Part shown: positions 1-12,130 of the stretch, piece by piece
Numbering within the stretch: position 1 is the first letter of the stretch
How the letters are laid out: each line of letters begins with the position of its first letter
Assembly: GCF_001194135.2 (NCBI RefSeq)
Contig: NC_069004.1
Span: 27,955,520 to 28,019,519 of the forward strand
DNA from: Octopus bimaculoides
Lineage: Eukaryota
DNA: 64,000 bases
Direction: 5' to 3'
Notes under the pieces: generated by a model
What the model was told of the DNA's origin: nothing
What the model saw: the letters and a program-made list of their open reading frames with translations, nothing else
Database searches by the model: none
Position numbers and translations under genes: made by a program

Positions 1-622
1 AACCAGAGATGTTCAGTAACCAACCCATCCAGTTTAGGGTGCAAAAAGTTCTCCAACATTTCAATGTACTGGTCAAAGGTAACCGTTACTGTTTCATCAC
101 CTTCTTCAAAAATGTGCAGACCGATGACTCCAAAATTGGCAACTGCACACCAAACAGTTACACTAGGAGAATGAAGCAGTCTTTCATGGAGTTCATAAGG
201 ATTATATTCAACCCAGTAGCAAAACTTCTGCTTGTTTATGCTTCCATTGATATGGAAGTGCGCTTCATCGGTACTCAGAAGAGCAGCTGCAGTGGGAACT
301 TGTGCAAGAATATCCGCATGTAGGGCTTTATGATTGTTATGATCTGTGTCGGTTAATTCTTGAACTAACATCATTTTGTAAGGATGCAGTTTCAAATCAG
401 CATGCAGAGAGAGTCCTTCTCAAACTTCGGATATTCCTAATGTTATACTATGCTTGTGAGCAAAACGCTTTGGCAATTGCTGAACAGATGCTGTCTGTCA
501 CTGATGCCACATTTTCTGGAGTTCTAACAGTCCTAGGTCTGCCAGGAGATTTTCATTTCAATGTGGATCCAATTGCAAGAAGGTTAGAAATCCAAGGCAA
601 CATAGTTTTCCGGTCTGGTACC
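1..622 (-). mobile_element. Tc1/mariner transposase remnant, rosa/DD41D-like; runs off the window edge
   Basis: Manual minus-strand translation: VPDRKTM..WISNLLAIGSTLK*KSPGRPRTVRTPENV (HTH end), a frameshift, then an open ~140-codon frame (420->1) LHPYKMMLVQEL..STDEAHFHINGSINKQKFCYW..HSPSVTVWCAV..GVIG..YIEMLENFLHPKL..LWF. DEAHF and VTVWC motifs are typical of rosa-type DDD domains. Confidence 0.85.
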
Positions 623-728
623 AGGGGTCAGTAGAATAAATAACCAGCTGAATATTGGGGTTGATGTAATCGACTTACCTCCTCCCCCAAAATTGCCGAT
701 CTTGTGCCTAAATTTGAAACCAATATTA
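622..728 (+). mobile_element. SINE-E 3' fragment
   Basis: GGGGTCAGTAGAATAAATAACCAGCTGAATATTGGGGTTGATGTAATCGAC..CTTGTGCCTAAATTTGAAACCAAT matches the 3' halves of the copies at 60386-61085. Confidence 0.75.
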
Positions 729-804
729 ATAAACTTTGAGACTACCTTATTTAGGGTTAATCTTCCATAGTTCTGTGTTAAAATCCCTCAGGGCTCATTT
801 AGCT

Positions 805-935
805 AAATCCCAGTAATATTCTTTGTAAGCCTTGTACTTATTCTATCAGCCTCCTTTGCTGAACCACTGAGTTACGAGGATGTAAACACACCACCGGTTG
901 TCAAGCAGTGGTGGGGGGACAAATACAGACATAAA

Positions 936-981
<46 letters not shown>

Positions 982-1189
982 ATGCATGCATGGAAGATGG
1001 GCATTAAACGATGATGATACATACGACGAGCTTCTTTCAGCTTCCATCTACCAAATCCACTCACAAGGCTTTAGTCAGCCCTGGGGGTGCTATAGTAGAA
1101 TACACCTGCCCAAAGTGCAACACGGTGGGACTGAACCCAGTACCATGTAGTTAGGAAGCAAGCTTCTTACCACACAGCCACACCTGCAC
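805..1189 (-). mobile_element. SINE-A (tRNA-like head, internal microsatellite linker, 3' body), near full length
   Basis: Reverse complement of the A pattern (TGGCTGTGTGGTAAG..GGTTCAGTCCCAC..GGATTTGGTAGA..(CA)n..GACAACCG..AATAAGTAC). The linker carries a ~36-nt SINE-B tail at 983-1018. Confidence 0.9.
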
Positions 1190-1393
1190 TATATGTTGAG
1201 AAGGATTTAATCACATAACGCCATGTTATTGGTTCAGAAAGAAATCAGTTTTCTGCTGCCTCAAAGTTATCTTTCCTTTCCTTATATAACCAAGCCCAAA
1301 GCCTGTCTTCCAAAACATAAAACATACATTAACAAACCACAATGCTCATATAACTTGTATTGCTGCTTTTTTTTCAGAATTTAAGAATACATA

Positions 1394-1785
1394 AGCACAG
1401 GCATGGCTATGTGGTTAGCAAGCCAGCTTTTCAACCACATGGTTTCAGGTTCAGTCCCACTGCATGGTACCATGGTCAAGTGTTTTCTATTACAGCCCTG
1501 CTTTGTGAGTTCATTTGGTAGATGGAAACTGTGTGGAAGCCCATTGCATGTGTCTGTGTGTGTCTGTCTGTACCTAGGTGTCTGTATGACATGTTTCTCG
1601 TATAACTTGACAGCTGCTGTTGGTTTGTTTACATCCCTATAACATAGCAGGTCAGCAAAAGAGACCACTGAAATAAATACAAGATTTAAAATAAGTACTG
1701 GGGTTGACATGTTTGGCTAAATCCCTTTTGAGGCAGTGCACCAGCATGGCCTCAGTCCAGTGACTGATGCAAGTAGGAGATAAAA
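1394..1785 (+). mobile_element. SINE-A, full length, diverged
   Basis: A-box-like TGGCTATGTGG, B-box-like GGTTCAGTCCC, TG-rich linker, tail GCACCAGCATGGCC..GACTGA. Confidence 0.88.
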
Positions 1786-2449
1786 CAACCTATGTGTGTT
1801 TAGGCATAGGCAAAACCTGTTGGAAGTACCTCATGTAAACTTTATACATGGCATGTGATGGACTCATTTCATAATGGTAATAAAAGGGTTTCACTTTGGT
1901 AGGTAACAAAATGTTTTAATCACACCTAGATTCTTCCAATACTCGACTATGTTATCTCTTCATAATGTAAGTATTGATCTGCTTTCATTAGTTTGTCTGT
2001 TAGTGTCAATATTAAATATTTGTATAAGTATTTTCTTTGATGTCTTCTATAATCACCATTGTCATCTGTTTTCATTTTTCGCACTCCCTCGGGTATTCAG
2101 TATGCATTTGAATATTTGTGTGTGTGTAGTTAAGTGAGAGGTTTAACTCAATAATGTATTATATAGATGCGTGTGTACGTGTGTATTTACTGTGTGTATC
2201 CCAGTTTTACAATAGGTACACTGCATTGCTGTATGTTGTATGAGGTAACTAAAAGAGTCTGTAACAGGAAGAGCATTTGGCTGTGAAAACTGCTTTAGAC
2301 AAAGCATCCAACCCTGTTATCATTGAAAAGTAAATGGAAAAATTACGTTGGATTTGTGAGTATAATTAGTGAGACCTGCATCTGCTTCCGTGTTGCCTAG
2401 TGTTAGGTTGTTGCACTCCCAATTATTAGATCTTGGTTTATAACTATCT

Positions 2450-3140
2450 ACTAACAGGCCTGGTCAGTCTTAGGGCTCAAAACAGCACCTGCCCTGCCCC
2501 TTCCATTGTTATTGTGCTCCTTCCACTTTTATTGATATGGCAGTACCCAGATCACAAATGTGCTAAGCATTTTGAGTTATTTTCCTTTCTAGAGCAAGTT
2601 AATATATTTCATTGGAAATCCCCTTTGGTAACAGAGGGCCGGAATTTTCTTACTTTGATTAATATGTTGTTGTCATTCACCCAGTGGTAATACAGTGGGT
2701 AGATTTTGTTGCAGTGCATAAATATCAATTTTCATGATCTTTTGCATCATCTATGTAGCCTCTGAGTATGACCAATTATATAGTTTTGTCTATGTCTAAC
2801 AACATTATATAGAACAAAAGTAAATCTAGAATGGATCCTTGTAGTACTCCACTGACAACCACAAACTTTTCATATAGGATTCCATTAACTGCCCCCTATT
2901 TGGCTTTAGACTTTCAGAAAAACCAAAAACCTAAATGCCAGCTTGTCAATAAGATTTTATGATCAACCTTGCCAAAAGTATTTGCAAAATTGAAATATAG
3001 ATGGTCAATTCTTGATTCATATAGCAGCTGCCTCAAAATGTGTTGTAGAATTTGTCAGACAGTTTCTTCCGAAGCAAAACTATATTGCATTTTGTTAAAA
3101 AGCTCTTAATACCCTTCAAATTCTTTCCAAGGCTTTCCAA
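2450..3140 (-). mobile_element. CR1-clade LINE reverse transcriptase remnant
   Basis: Minus-strand peptides DHLYFNFANTFGKVDHKILL (cf. YLDFxKAFDKV), AVNG..VVSGVLQGSIL..LLF (cf. SGVPQGSVLGP) and GYIDDAK (cf. FADD), then WVNDNN and ICDLG; many stops and frameshifts. Confidence 0.8.
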
Positions 3141-3559
3141 AAGTGGATATGACAGAAATCTGTAATTGTTTGTTTATACTCTACTGCAATTTTTATGAAA
3201 TGATTCCATTGTTGCTTCTTACAACATTTCAAATAATTGTCCAAGTTCTAAATAGCTCTGAAAGTGTTTGTGTGTGTGTGGGGGGGGGGGGAAGTTATAT
3301 TTATAGAAAAGTGAAAAATTGTCATTTAAATATGATTGCTTGAAGTGGAAACTTGATGTTTTGCAAGAGAAAGAATTAAAATTTATCTGAAATTGGACAC
3401 CAAACGTTTGAAAGAATTTTAGTAATAATAACAATAATAATTATAATAAAAAGAACACTCATCATAGTCTAGACTTGCTGGCGATTTTCACAAATGTACC
3501 AAGCAAATAGCGATGGGCTGGGCCTGGATGTGGGACCTGGGTGAGAATCTTGCTAGCTC

Positions 3560-3900
3560 ACTCATGCACTTGTACTGAAAAACGTTAAGAGGTTCAAGTG
3601 GCCAAAATGGGGGTTCTTCCAGGGTGTGTAGCTTGGAGATCAGGGAGTCTCTCCAGATCTCTGCCTTTAGAGGTCACTGCTATAGTACTATAGAAATGTG
3701 GCTAGAATGTCCCAGGAAGGGATCACAAGATGGATTCTTCAAACCAAGCCAACTGGCAGGAGACCTAGGTGTAAACCAAGAATGGGATGGTTGGATAATA
3801 TCCATAGCCTCAGTTGATTTTGCATAGTAATCCAACAGGAAAGCGTAACGATGATTGTTTCTGATTTGGAGGATTCTATCCCTGCACCCCCCCCCCATGA
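3560..3900 (+). mobile_element. RTE-clade LINE 3' remnant
   Basis: Frameshifted peptides QVAKMG, LEIRESL and YYRNVARMSQEGITRWILQTKPTGRRPRCKPRMGWLDNI, matching the RTE C-terminal GHVxRM..GxRPRGRPRxRWxD pattern. Confidence 0.75.
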
Positions 3901-3978
3901 GTAGTAGACAATGAAAATGGTTGGATCAGATATAAAACACACACACTCATGCACACACTGTTTCTGTCTAATTATACT

Positions 3979-4017
<39 letters not shown>

Positions 4018-4639
4018 NNNNNNNNNNNNNNNNNNNNNNNNNNNNNNNNNNNNNNNNNNNNNNNNNNNNNNNNNNNNNNNNNNNNNNNNNNNNNNNNNNN
4101 NNNNNNNNNNNNNNNNNNNNNNNNNNNNNNNNNNNNNNNNNNNNNNNNNNNNNNNNNNNNNNNNNNNNNNNNNNNNNNNNNNNNNNNNNNNNNNNNNNNN
4201 NNNNNNNNNNNNNNNNNNNNNNNNNNNNNNNNNNNNNNNNNNNNNNNNNNNNNNNNNNNNNNNNNNNNNNNNNNNNNNNNNNNNNNNNNNNNNNNNNNNN
4301 NNNNNNNNNNNNNNNNNNNNNNNNNNNNNNNNNNNNNNNNNNNNNNNNNNNNNNNNNNNNNNNNNNNNNNNNNNNNNNNNNNNNNNNNNNNNNNNNNNNN
4401 NNNNNNNNNNNNNNNNNNNNNNNNNNNNNNNNNNNNNNNNNNNNNNNNNNNNNNNNNNNNNNNNNNNNNNNNNNNNNNNNNNNNNNNNNNNNNNNNNNNN
4501 NNNNNNNNNNNNNNNNNNNNNNNNNNNNNNNNNNNNNNNNNNNNNNNNNNNNNNNNNNNNNNNNNNNNNNNNNNNNNNNNNNNNNNNNNNNNNNNNNNNN
4601 NNNNNNNNNNNNNNNNNNATATATATATATATATATATA

Positions 4640-5870
4640 TAGGGTGTGTAAGGTATTTGAGGATATACCTTTTTTGGGTCGTTGCTGCATATTTTGCCAA
4701 CTCTGTATAATCTTTGTTTTAGAAAATAAAAATGGCAGACCTTCAGCTTGCTCAAGAAATGAAGAGGCATGCTGTTATTGTGATTATAAAGGCTGAGTAT
4801 AGCAATTTAGAAATATCTCGTCTACAAAGTTTGTAAGGTGCTAGAGACTGAAGATGGAAACGTATCATCAGTATCAAAGCCTAAAAAGCATTGTAAACAC
4901 TCTGAAATCATCAGAACACCTGGATTTATCCAGCAAGTTCAACAGACCATTGGTTACAATCCCAGAAAGTCCATGAGGTCAATTGCAAAAGATCTTTGTG
5001 TGTCAGAAGTAACAGTCAGAAATGTTGTCCACAAAGACATCAGATATGTATTATATGATGGGGAAAGGTCAGTTTGTCAGAAAAAGCAAAAGAAAATCAC
5101 TACATCAGATCTAAAAGGCTCTTAAACAAACTGAAAAATCCAGAAGAAGATTTGATTTGGTTTTACTCAAACGAGAAAAACTTCGACTAAGATTAGAAAG
5201 TTAACAGAAGAAATGACAGATGGTTATGTGCAGACCCTTCTGAAGTTACAAGTGTTATGCATACAAAATTTCCTGCAACTGTCATGGTTTTAGGGGCTGT
5301 CAGCAATGAAGGACATGTGATGCCTCCTTACTTCTTTCCATAAGGCCTTAGAGTTTACTCTACGCCTACATTGAGGTTCTGGAAATAATTGCTAAGCTCT
5401 GGATAGACAGTGTACGCAATGGAAGGCTATATGTGTTTCAGGAAGACTCTGCACTATCACACATGGCTCTAGTGACACAGGAATGGATGGCTGAAAAATT
5501 TCATGATCACATAATCCCTAACATTTGACCTCCTAATTCCCCAGATCTTAATTCATTGGATTATTACATGTAGAGCGTTGTTAAGAGAGGTCAATGAACA
5601 CGCTCATAACACCAAAGACTCTTTGAAAGCTGCCATAGTCAGAGTAATTTTGAAAATGAACCAGGGCCACTTGATTCCAGCATGGAGATGATTTAGATCT
5701 GATATAGAAGCAATTGTTGAAGCTGAATGTGGCTTTATTGAATAACATTATAGAAAAGAAGGTTTATTCTTATCCTCATAGCATTTTTTGATAAATGAAG
5801 TTATTATCTGTTATAATATATCTGTTTTTTTATAAACCTAAATCTGTCCACAATTATCTTACGCATCCTG
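4640..5870 (+). mobile_element. Full-length decayed DD37D (maT-family) Tc1/mariner transposon, transposase pseudogene 4732-5745
   Basis: Left end TAGGGTGTGTAAGGTATTTGAGGA matches the reverse complement of the right end (CAGGATGCGTAAGATAATTGTGGA); TA flanks at 4638-39 and 5871-72. Peptide: MADLQLAQEMKRHAV..NPRKSMRSIAKDL..SNEKNF..NRRNDRW..TKFPATVMVLG..FQEDSA[37 residues]D in SPDLNSLDYY..EAECGFIE*. Multiple stops and frameshifts. Confidence 0.92.
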
Positions 5871-6387
5871 TATCTATATATATTTAAATATACATGTATA
5901 TAACTGCTCCTACTACATCCTAGATTTTTATTTTCTTTTTTATGACTTAAGATTATGAAGGATAGCACATGACCCTTTTCAGGGTCTCCGACAGGTAGAA
6001 AGAAGAGAAGGAAGAAGTTTATCTTTTAGGCTGAAGGACTGGCTCAAATGTTTGCAACAGGGTGAAGAGTCAGAAGATGATGCTAAACATCAGGCCAAGG
6101 TGGATTTGAGTCCATCCACTCTACCCAAAATCTATCCAGTTAACTGATTAGCAAAGATTTACTCCCTAATATGCTTCAACTTGGAACTCACTGGTGTGTT
6201 TTCATTCTTCTTCTTCCTCTGCCTGGCTCTTCCGCTGTTATTTCTTGAATCTGAATTGTCTGCAATAAGCAGCTCACTGACCTGCTCTCAATGGGGCCCA
6301 GGCCTTTTTCTAAACAAATATTCAAATTTAATGTATTCGTAGGATCTTGTACAATTGTTTGCTTCTGGATAGTGCTGTGCATCATGA

Positions 6388-6425
<38 letters not shown>

Positions 6426-6809
6426 CAGTAATGGAGAAGTAGAATGGTAATTGGATTAATAGATAGATATGGAGAGAGAGAGAGATAGAGAAGAGAGGCA
6501 AAGAAAGTGAATCTCAAGTGTTGTTAATAAGATAATCCTAAAACCAACAACATTGTCTGCCACCATGATCAGCATCATAACTACTATTGTTAACACCACC
6601 TTTACCGGCATTGACTCCACTGCAATACACCCACATGTGTGTGTTTGTGTGTGTGTGTGTGTGTACTCACACATGCATATATATGAGAAGAATGATCTTT
6701 GCTTAATATTAAAATTCTGATTGGACGAGTTTTTCCCATGACACTAGATTCCAAACAAAAACTAAATTATACTCTTGAAAATTGCATAAAATTTCACTAT
6801 CAACTACTC

Positions 6810-6866
<57 letters not shown>

Positions 6867-7471
6867 CATGCACACACACACGTTTGTATATATATATATA
6901 TATATATATATATTCACACAAAGAAGAAGCACAAATATGAAAAAGGAAAAGCATGAAAGTCTAAAAATACGTAAAGCTTCTAATTCCTACTTGAGAATGA
7001 AATGATACGAAAACTGAAAAATGCAAGAATTTCTTTTCATTGCAATGCAAGAATTTAAGATTGACTGGCACAGTCTCTTATCAACAACCATAGGTTGATG
7101 CTTTAAATTACTGCTGCATATTCTCTTTATTTTTTTAAAATCTGATTTTAAAAAATTAGATAAATAAGCATACAGGAAAATCTCTACACAGTCCTGTCAT
7201 AGTAAACATTCTTAACAACAACCAAAGTGCATAGATTGTTGTGTGTGTGTGTATAGATAGATATAATCATGATAGTATTGTAACATTATAACAATGGAGT
7301 GGCTAATAGATCAAGCTGAGGAAATATAATGGGTTGTTTTTCTTTTAATATTTGGTTAATGAATCTGTTAGCATCATGTGTGTGTGTGTATGAATAAATA
7401 CAGAGCTTGTGCTGAAGGCAGTGCAAAAGTGTGCACAGTTTTTTCCAGTAACAGTACGCCGTCTGCTGTGT

Positions 7472-7860
7472 GGAGGCACAATGGCCCAGTAGTTAGGGCA
7501 ACGGACTTGCGGTCATAGGATCGCCATTTCGATTTCCAGACCGGGCGTTGTGAGTGTTTATTGAGCGTAAACACCTAAAGCTCCACGAGGCTCCAGCAGG
7601 GGATGGTGGCGAACCCTGCTGTACTCTTTCACCGCAACTTTCTCTCACTCTTACTTCCTGTTTCTGTTGTGCCTGTAATTCAAATGGTCAGCCTTGTCAC
7701 ACTATGTCACGCTGAATATCCCCCGAGAACTACGTTAAGGGTACATGTGTCTGTGGAGTACTCAGTCACTTGCACGTTAATTTCACGAGCGGGCTGTTCC
7801 GTTGATCGGATCATTTGGAACCCTCGACGTCGTAAGCGACAGAGTGCCAACAACAACAAC
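7472..7860 (+). mobile_element. SINE-C, full length tRNA-derived SINE with (AAC)n tail and probable 15-bp TSD
   Basis: Head GGAGGCACAATGGCCCAGTAGTTAGGGC..TTTCGATTTCC; 3' hairpin GTCG-TAAG-CGAC; flanks ACGCCGTCTGCTGTG (7456-7470) and ACGTTGTCTGCAGTG (7859-7873), 12/15 identical. Further copies at 37358 and 42880. Confidence 0.92.
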
Positions 7861-8264
7861 GTTGTCTGCAGTGAAGGAAAACAAGAAGAAAAGTTTACAA
7901 TAGAGGAAGAGTTATCTTTCCATCATGTGGAGTTTGAACAAATATTTCCGTTATTAAAAAACTTAAGTCCACTTTTGCATTACTCACAATATAACCCACA
8001 TGCTACATGTATCAGTCCATAGTTTCCTGTTTCACTTGTTTGTTGTTGTCCTCCACATTCTTAGTCCTTGTCTTTGTATGTCCAATCACCTCACCAATAC
8101 TCACTAACACTGGCATCACTAGAGGTGTAGTACCATGGAATTTAAAGTCCCTGGACTTTCAGTGCTCTGTAGCTATGGTGATTCTGGTCTCCATGATAAC
8201 AAAGAGTATTTCCATGTTTATTTGTCCATTTCCATTAATTGCTTCCATGTTCCTCTTTAATTTT

Positions 8265-8354
<90 letters not shown>

Positions 8355-8355
<1 letters not shown>

Positions 8356-8492
8356 TACAACAGGTTTCCACAAAATTGCTGTCAACCAAATCCACTCACA
8401 TGGTATTGGTCAGCCCGGGGCTATAGTAGAAGACACTTGCTCAAGGTGCCATGTGGTTGCGAAGTAAGCTTCTTAACCACACGGCCATACCT
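8355..8492 (-). mobile_element. SINE-A head fragment after a (TA)n(CA)n tract
   Basis: CCAAATCCACTCACA..GGCTATAGTAGAAGACACTTGCTCAAGGTGCC..CTTAACCACACGGCCA. Confidence 0.8.
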
Positions 8493-8844
8493 TTGTCTGT
8501 TTATTTTCTCTTTCCTTTTTTTTTTTTTTTTCCTTTTTTTTTTTGATGTTGTTGTTGTTATTCATCTCTGATTAGAAAATTTTGGTGGATTAACATTTTT
8601 TAGGAGCCCCGACTTATACTGGAAGTAGTTGTAGCTATGTAGGTTATCACTACCATGTACATACTTGACTTAATCTAACTAAATCTCATATCAAGCCATT
8701 CCTGATTTTTCTTAATTCCAGGACAGTTTGAAATAAATTGGGTGAAATGCTATGAAATGGCATCACTAAGACCATGCTCGCACACTTCTAAATAGAATAA
8801 ATTGAAAAATGATGAATTGATGAGGAACCATGGTGATGGACTGT

Positions 8845-9411
8845 CTTTTACTTGTTTCCGTCCTCAGACTGCAGTCATGCTGGGGCACCACCTTGAAGAG
8901 TTTTTAAGCCTGGTACTTATTTTATCAGTCTTTTTTTTTACCAAACTGCTAAGTACTGTTTAGCAAGCAGTGGTGGGGAAACAGACGCAGACATACACAC
9001 ATGAATATACATATGTAGATACATACACACAGGACAACAAAAGAAAGAAAGAGACCTCAATATTATGTAAATAGAGGAAGTTATCTGTAGAAATATGTGA
9101 CACTTATTCAGTAGTCATGATAAAACTCCGAGTTTCGGATGCCGGGATGGGAACCCACGCCAACATCTCTTCAGTTATCCGGCCATTGAAAATTCCTGTG
9201 AAAAATGACCCTGTCATATGTATGTATGTATGTAAGTATATACATACATATGACATGCTTCTTTCAGTTACTGTGTACCAAATCCACACAAAAGGCTTTG
9301 GTTGGCCTGAAGTTATAGGAGAAAACACTTGCTCAAGGTGTCATGCTGTAGGACTGAACTCAGAACCATGTGGTTGAGAAAAATATTTCTTAACACACAA
9401 CTCTGCCTGCA
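8845..9411 (-). mobile_element. SINE-A split at its linker by a ~200-bp insert (about 9030-9228)
   Basis: Tail half at 8845-9000 and head half at 9230-9411 share orientation; the sequence between them is unrelated and carries a hammerhead motif. Confidence 0.8.
9119..9179 (-). ncRNA. Type I hammerhead ribozyme motif, nearly intact
   Basis: Minus strand reads GATAA-CTGAAGA-GATGTTGG..CCGGCATC-C-GAAA-CTCGGAG-T-T-TTATC. Stem I is 5 bp (GATAA/TTATC), the core is CUGAAGA/GAAA, stem II is long, stem III is ACT/AGT and the cleavage triplet is GUU (9126-9124). Confidence 0.75.
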
Positions 9412-10620
9412 CCAGTAAGAAAGAAGATATAATAAGCTTCTATCCACAAGTCCTCTCTACTTCTATCAAGCCACCTTTCTAATCCACACGCACACACACA
9501 CACACAGATGCACACTCTCATGCACATACAAAAGTACTCTTAAAATAACTTGTGATGAATACTTCAAGACATGTGCACACCTACAAATGTACAGATTTAT
9601 GTATAAAGTTAGTAAGATGCAAATAAATTTAAAATCTGTTTCAGAGATTTATCATTCCTATTTTAATTATATGAAATAATGTTCACTGCATCATCCCAAT
9701 TTTAGTATATGTGTACTGTAATAAAAACAATAATAATAATAATAATAATAATGATGATGATGATGATAATAATAATAGTAATAATAATAATAAAGGCATC
9801 CAAGTGTAAATATAAATAACATCTAAATTCAAGTAGCGATATCTATATTACAGATGGAAGAGCAAAAAATAGAATTTTTGCTTTACTAATTTAAATTTAA
9901 AATTAAGCCATTTCTCTTTATCAAGACAACCTACTACCTATTTCTTTCTTTTTTTTTTCATTTTTGTTTGTCTCTTTTTTTTTGTTTTTACAGTTATTTT
10001 TACTCCATTGGTGCACTAAAATAAAATAGTAATAACGATGATGATAATAATAATAATAATAATAATAATATCTGATTTATTTCTAAAAGCATGTGTATTT
10101 ATTTCTGAAAGCATGTGTATTGTGTTGAAACTTATGCCTACCATATTATATAGCTTATGTACATGTGCATGTGGCTATGTGTGTGTGTGCATGTGCATGT
10201 ATGTATGTGTGTGAGGGAGTTAGATTTTTATTCAATATATCTGATATTTGCATTGTGTGCAAGCCTATTTGAGTTTGCATATTTTCCAATAAAGTTGTTT
10301 GTCAGTTATGGCTACATCATTTCATACTGATTGATAATTTCATTTTATTGATGTTATACCATTTTCTGATTCTGCTTCAACATGCCTCTTTGCATCAACA
10401 GCAGTGTTCAGAGGCTTTGATATCACGTATCTGCCATTCCTGCTCCACCCCCACCCCAGCCTCTCCTCTCGCTCTACTCCACAACTACTCCACGTTTGGT
10501 TCCTCTTCCTCCTCCTCATCCTCCTCCTCTTAGATTTTTATAGGAAACTTTTCAGGAGCCACGTTAGTTACCGATAAGATAGTTGTTGATGGTTGTTTCA
10601 TGTTGAAGATACACACTCAA

Positions 10621-10682
<62 letters not shown>

Positions 10683-11176
10683 TTTTTGTTTGTTTTATTT
10701 TTGTTTTGTTTTTATGTCTTTTTAAAACCCAGTCAGTAATTTGTTGGAATGAAATTACCTACAATACATATTGCAGTTTTTATTTTTATTTTCATATAAT
10801 CCAATGAGGATTATATACAAAAGTCATTGCCGTCATCATCATCATCATCTTAGTATACATCTTTCTCCATGCTAGCGTGATCTGGATGGCTTTGTACAAC
10901 TAACATCCATATCCTTATTCAGCTGTCTCTCTCTTTCTCTTGTATCATTTCATGTGTAATTCCTAATTTTCTAAACTAAACTGCTATATTCTTCGGCTCA
11001 CCTTTGACCTTTGTACCTCATCCTGTCAGCCTTAATTTCTTTTTAGATCCAGCTAAATCCCACCAAATCTCCTTTCACTTACTCCACATCTTGCTTTACC
11101 CTTCCTTACTTATTCATCTTACATTTCTATGGAGGGAACAGTTTTCTTGATTTATCACACAACTGGTACGCAACTT

Positions 11177-11440
11177 CATCATCATCATCATTGTTTAACG
11201 TCCGCTTTCCATGCTAGCATGGGTTGGACGATTTGACTGAAGACTGGTGAACCAGATGGCTACACCAGGCTCCAATCTGATTTGGCAGAGTTTCTACAGC
11301 TGGATGCCCTTCCTAACACCAACCACTCCGAGAGTGTAGTGGGTGCTTTTACGTACTACCAGCACGAAGGCCAGTCAGGCGGTACTGGCAACGGCCACGC
11401 TCAAAATGGTGTATTTTACGTGCCATCTGCACAGGAGCCG
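11177..11440 (-). mobile_element. SINE-B (tail (GAT)n; core GTTAGGAAGGGCATCCAGCTGTAGAAA)
   Basis: (CAT)n-GTTTAACGTCCGCTTTCCATGCTAGCATGGGTTGGACG..; near-identical to the copies at 28463, 62404 and 63676. Confidence 0.9.
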
Positions 11441-11950
11441 CTTTCAGTTATATGACTGTAGCCATACTTGGGCACCGGCTTCTGGGGTTTTACTTGATTA
11501 TCTTGACCACCACCACCACCACATTCACCACCCTCACACCTCATATTTACTTTACCTGGTAATTATTTCACAAAATATGAAGTGTTTAGTGGACATTGGT
11601 GTAAGAGAAAATAATTTTGTTGGACATTAATACTACAGAATATTTGAGCTTAAGTATATCGGTTCACCCCCAGCACTAATATTTCAGTCCAAGAATGGAA
11701 TTTTTGTTATTATATTTATAAATGGAAGATCAAAAGTTCCATTCTTGGGCTTAATATATTATACTCTGCAACTAATCTATTCTACTTCAAATCTCAGTCT
11801 GCATGAATGGTTTCCTTTAAAGAAAATTGTCAACATCTATACACTCTGTCAGTCAGCATTTGCAAGAGTGCTGATGGAGGATCCAGCACGGATTTATTAA
11901 TCTTCTTGTATCGGCTCTCCCCCCTCCCTCTTTCTCTCTCTCTCTCTGTG

Positions 11951-11983
<33 letters not shown>

Positions 11984-12130
11984 GCAAATATTGAATAGTA
12001 AGAATGAGAGCTCAACACTGTATTGGCAGATAAATATTCTTTATTTATTAGTTAACAAGGCTACCAGTGGTTTCTCTTTACATGAAACCATTGGCAGCTT
12101 TGTTGACCCTCAAAAAGAGAGTATATATAT

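Noticed and set aside
9-634. Plus-strand ORFs 9-323 and 302-634
   Set aside because: Antisense shadows of the minus-strand transposase.
3680-3693. Perfect 14-bp palindrome CTATAGTACTATAG
   Set aside because: Lies inside a decayed RTE coding remnant; plausibly chance in AT-rich sequence.
4846-4868. CTGAAGA-TG-GAAAC-GTA in the transposase
   Set aside because: No room for stem II; it is explained by the codons ETEDGNVS.
5975-6385. Possible exons (LKDWLKCLQQGEESEDDAKHQAK on plus; protein-like frames on minus)
   Set aside because: Weak splice sites, in-frame stops nearby and no recognisable family.
7472-7545. tRNA-like sequence
   Set aside because: It has A/B boxes but continues into a 390-bp dispersed repeat with a tail and TSD, so it is a SINE head and not a tRNA gene.
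10076-10119. 22-bp tandem duplication
   Set aside because: Ordinary slippage duplication with no further structure.
9975-10310. Strong polypyrimidine-AG followed by AATAAA as a terminal exon
   Set aside because: T-rich tracts and AATAAA are ubiquitous here, only 8-12 codons follow in any frame, and no upstream exon was found.
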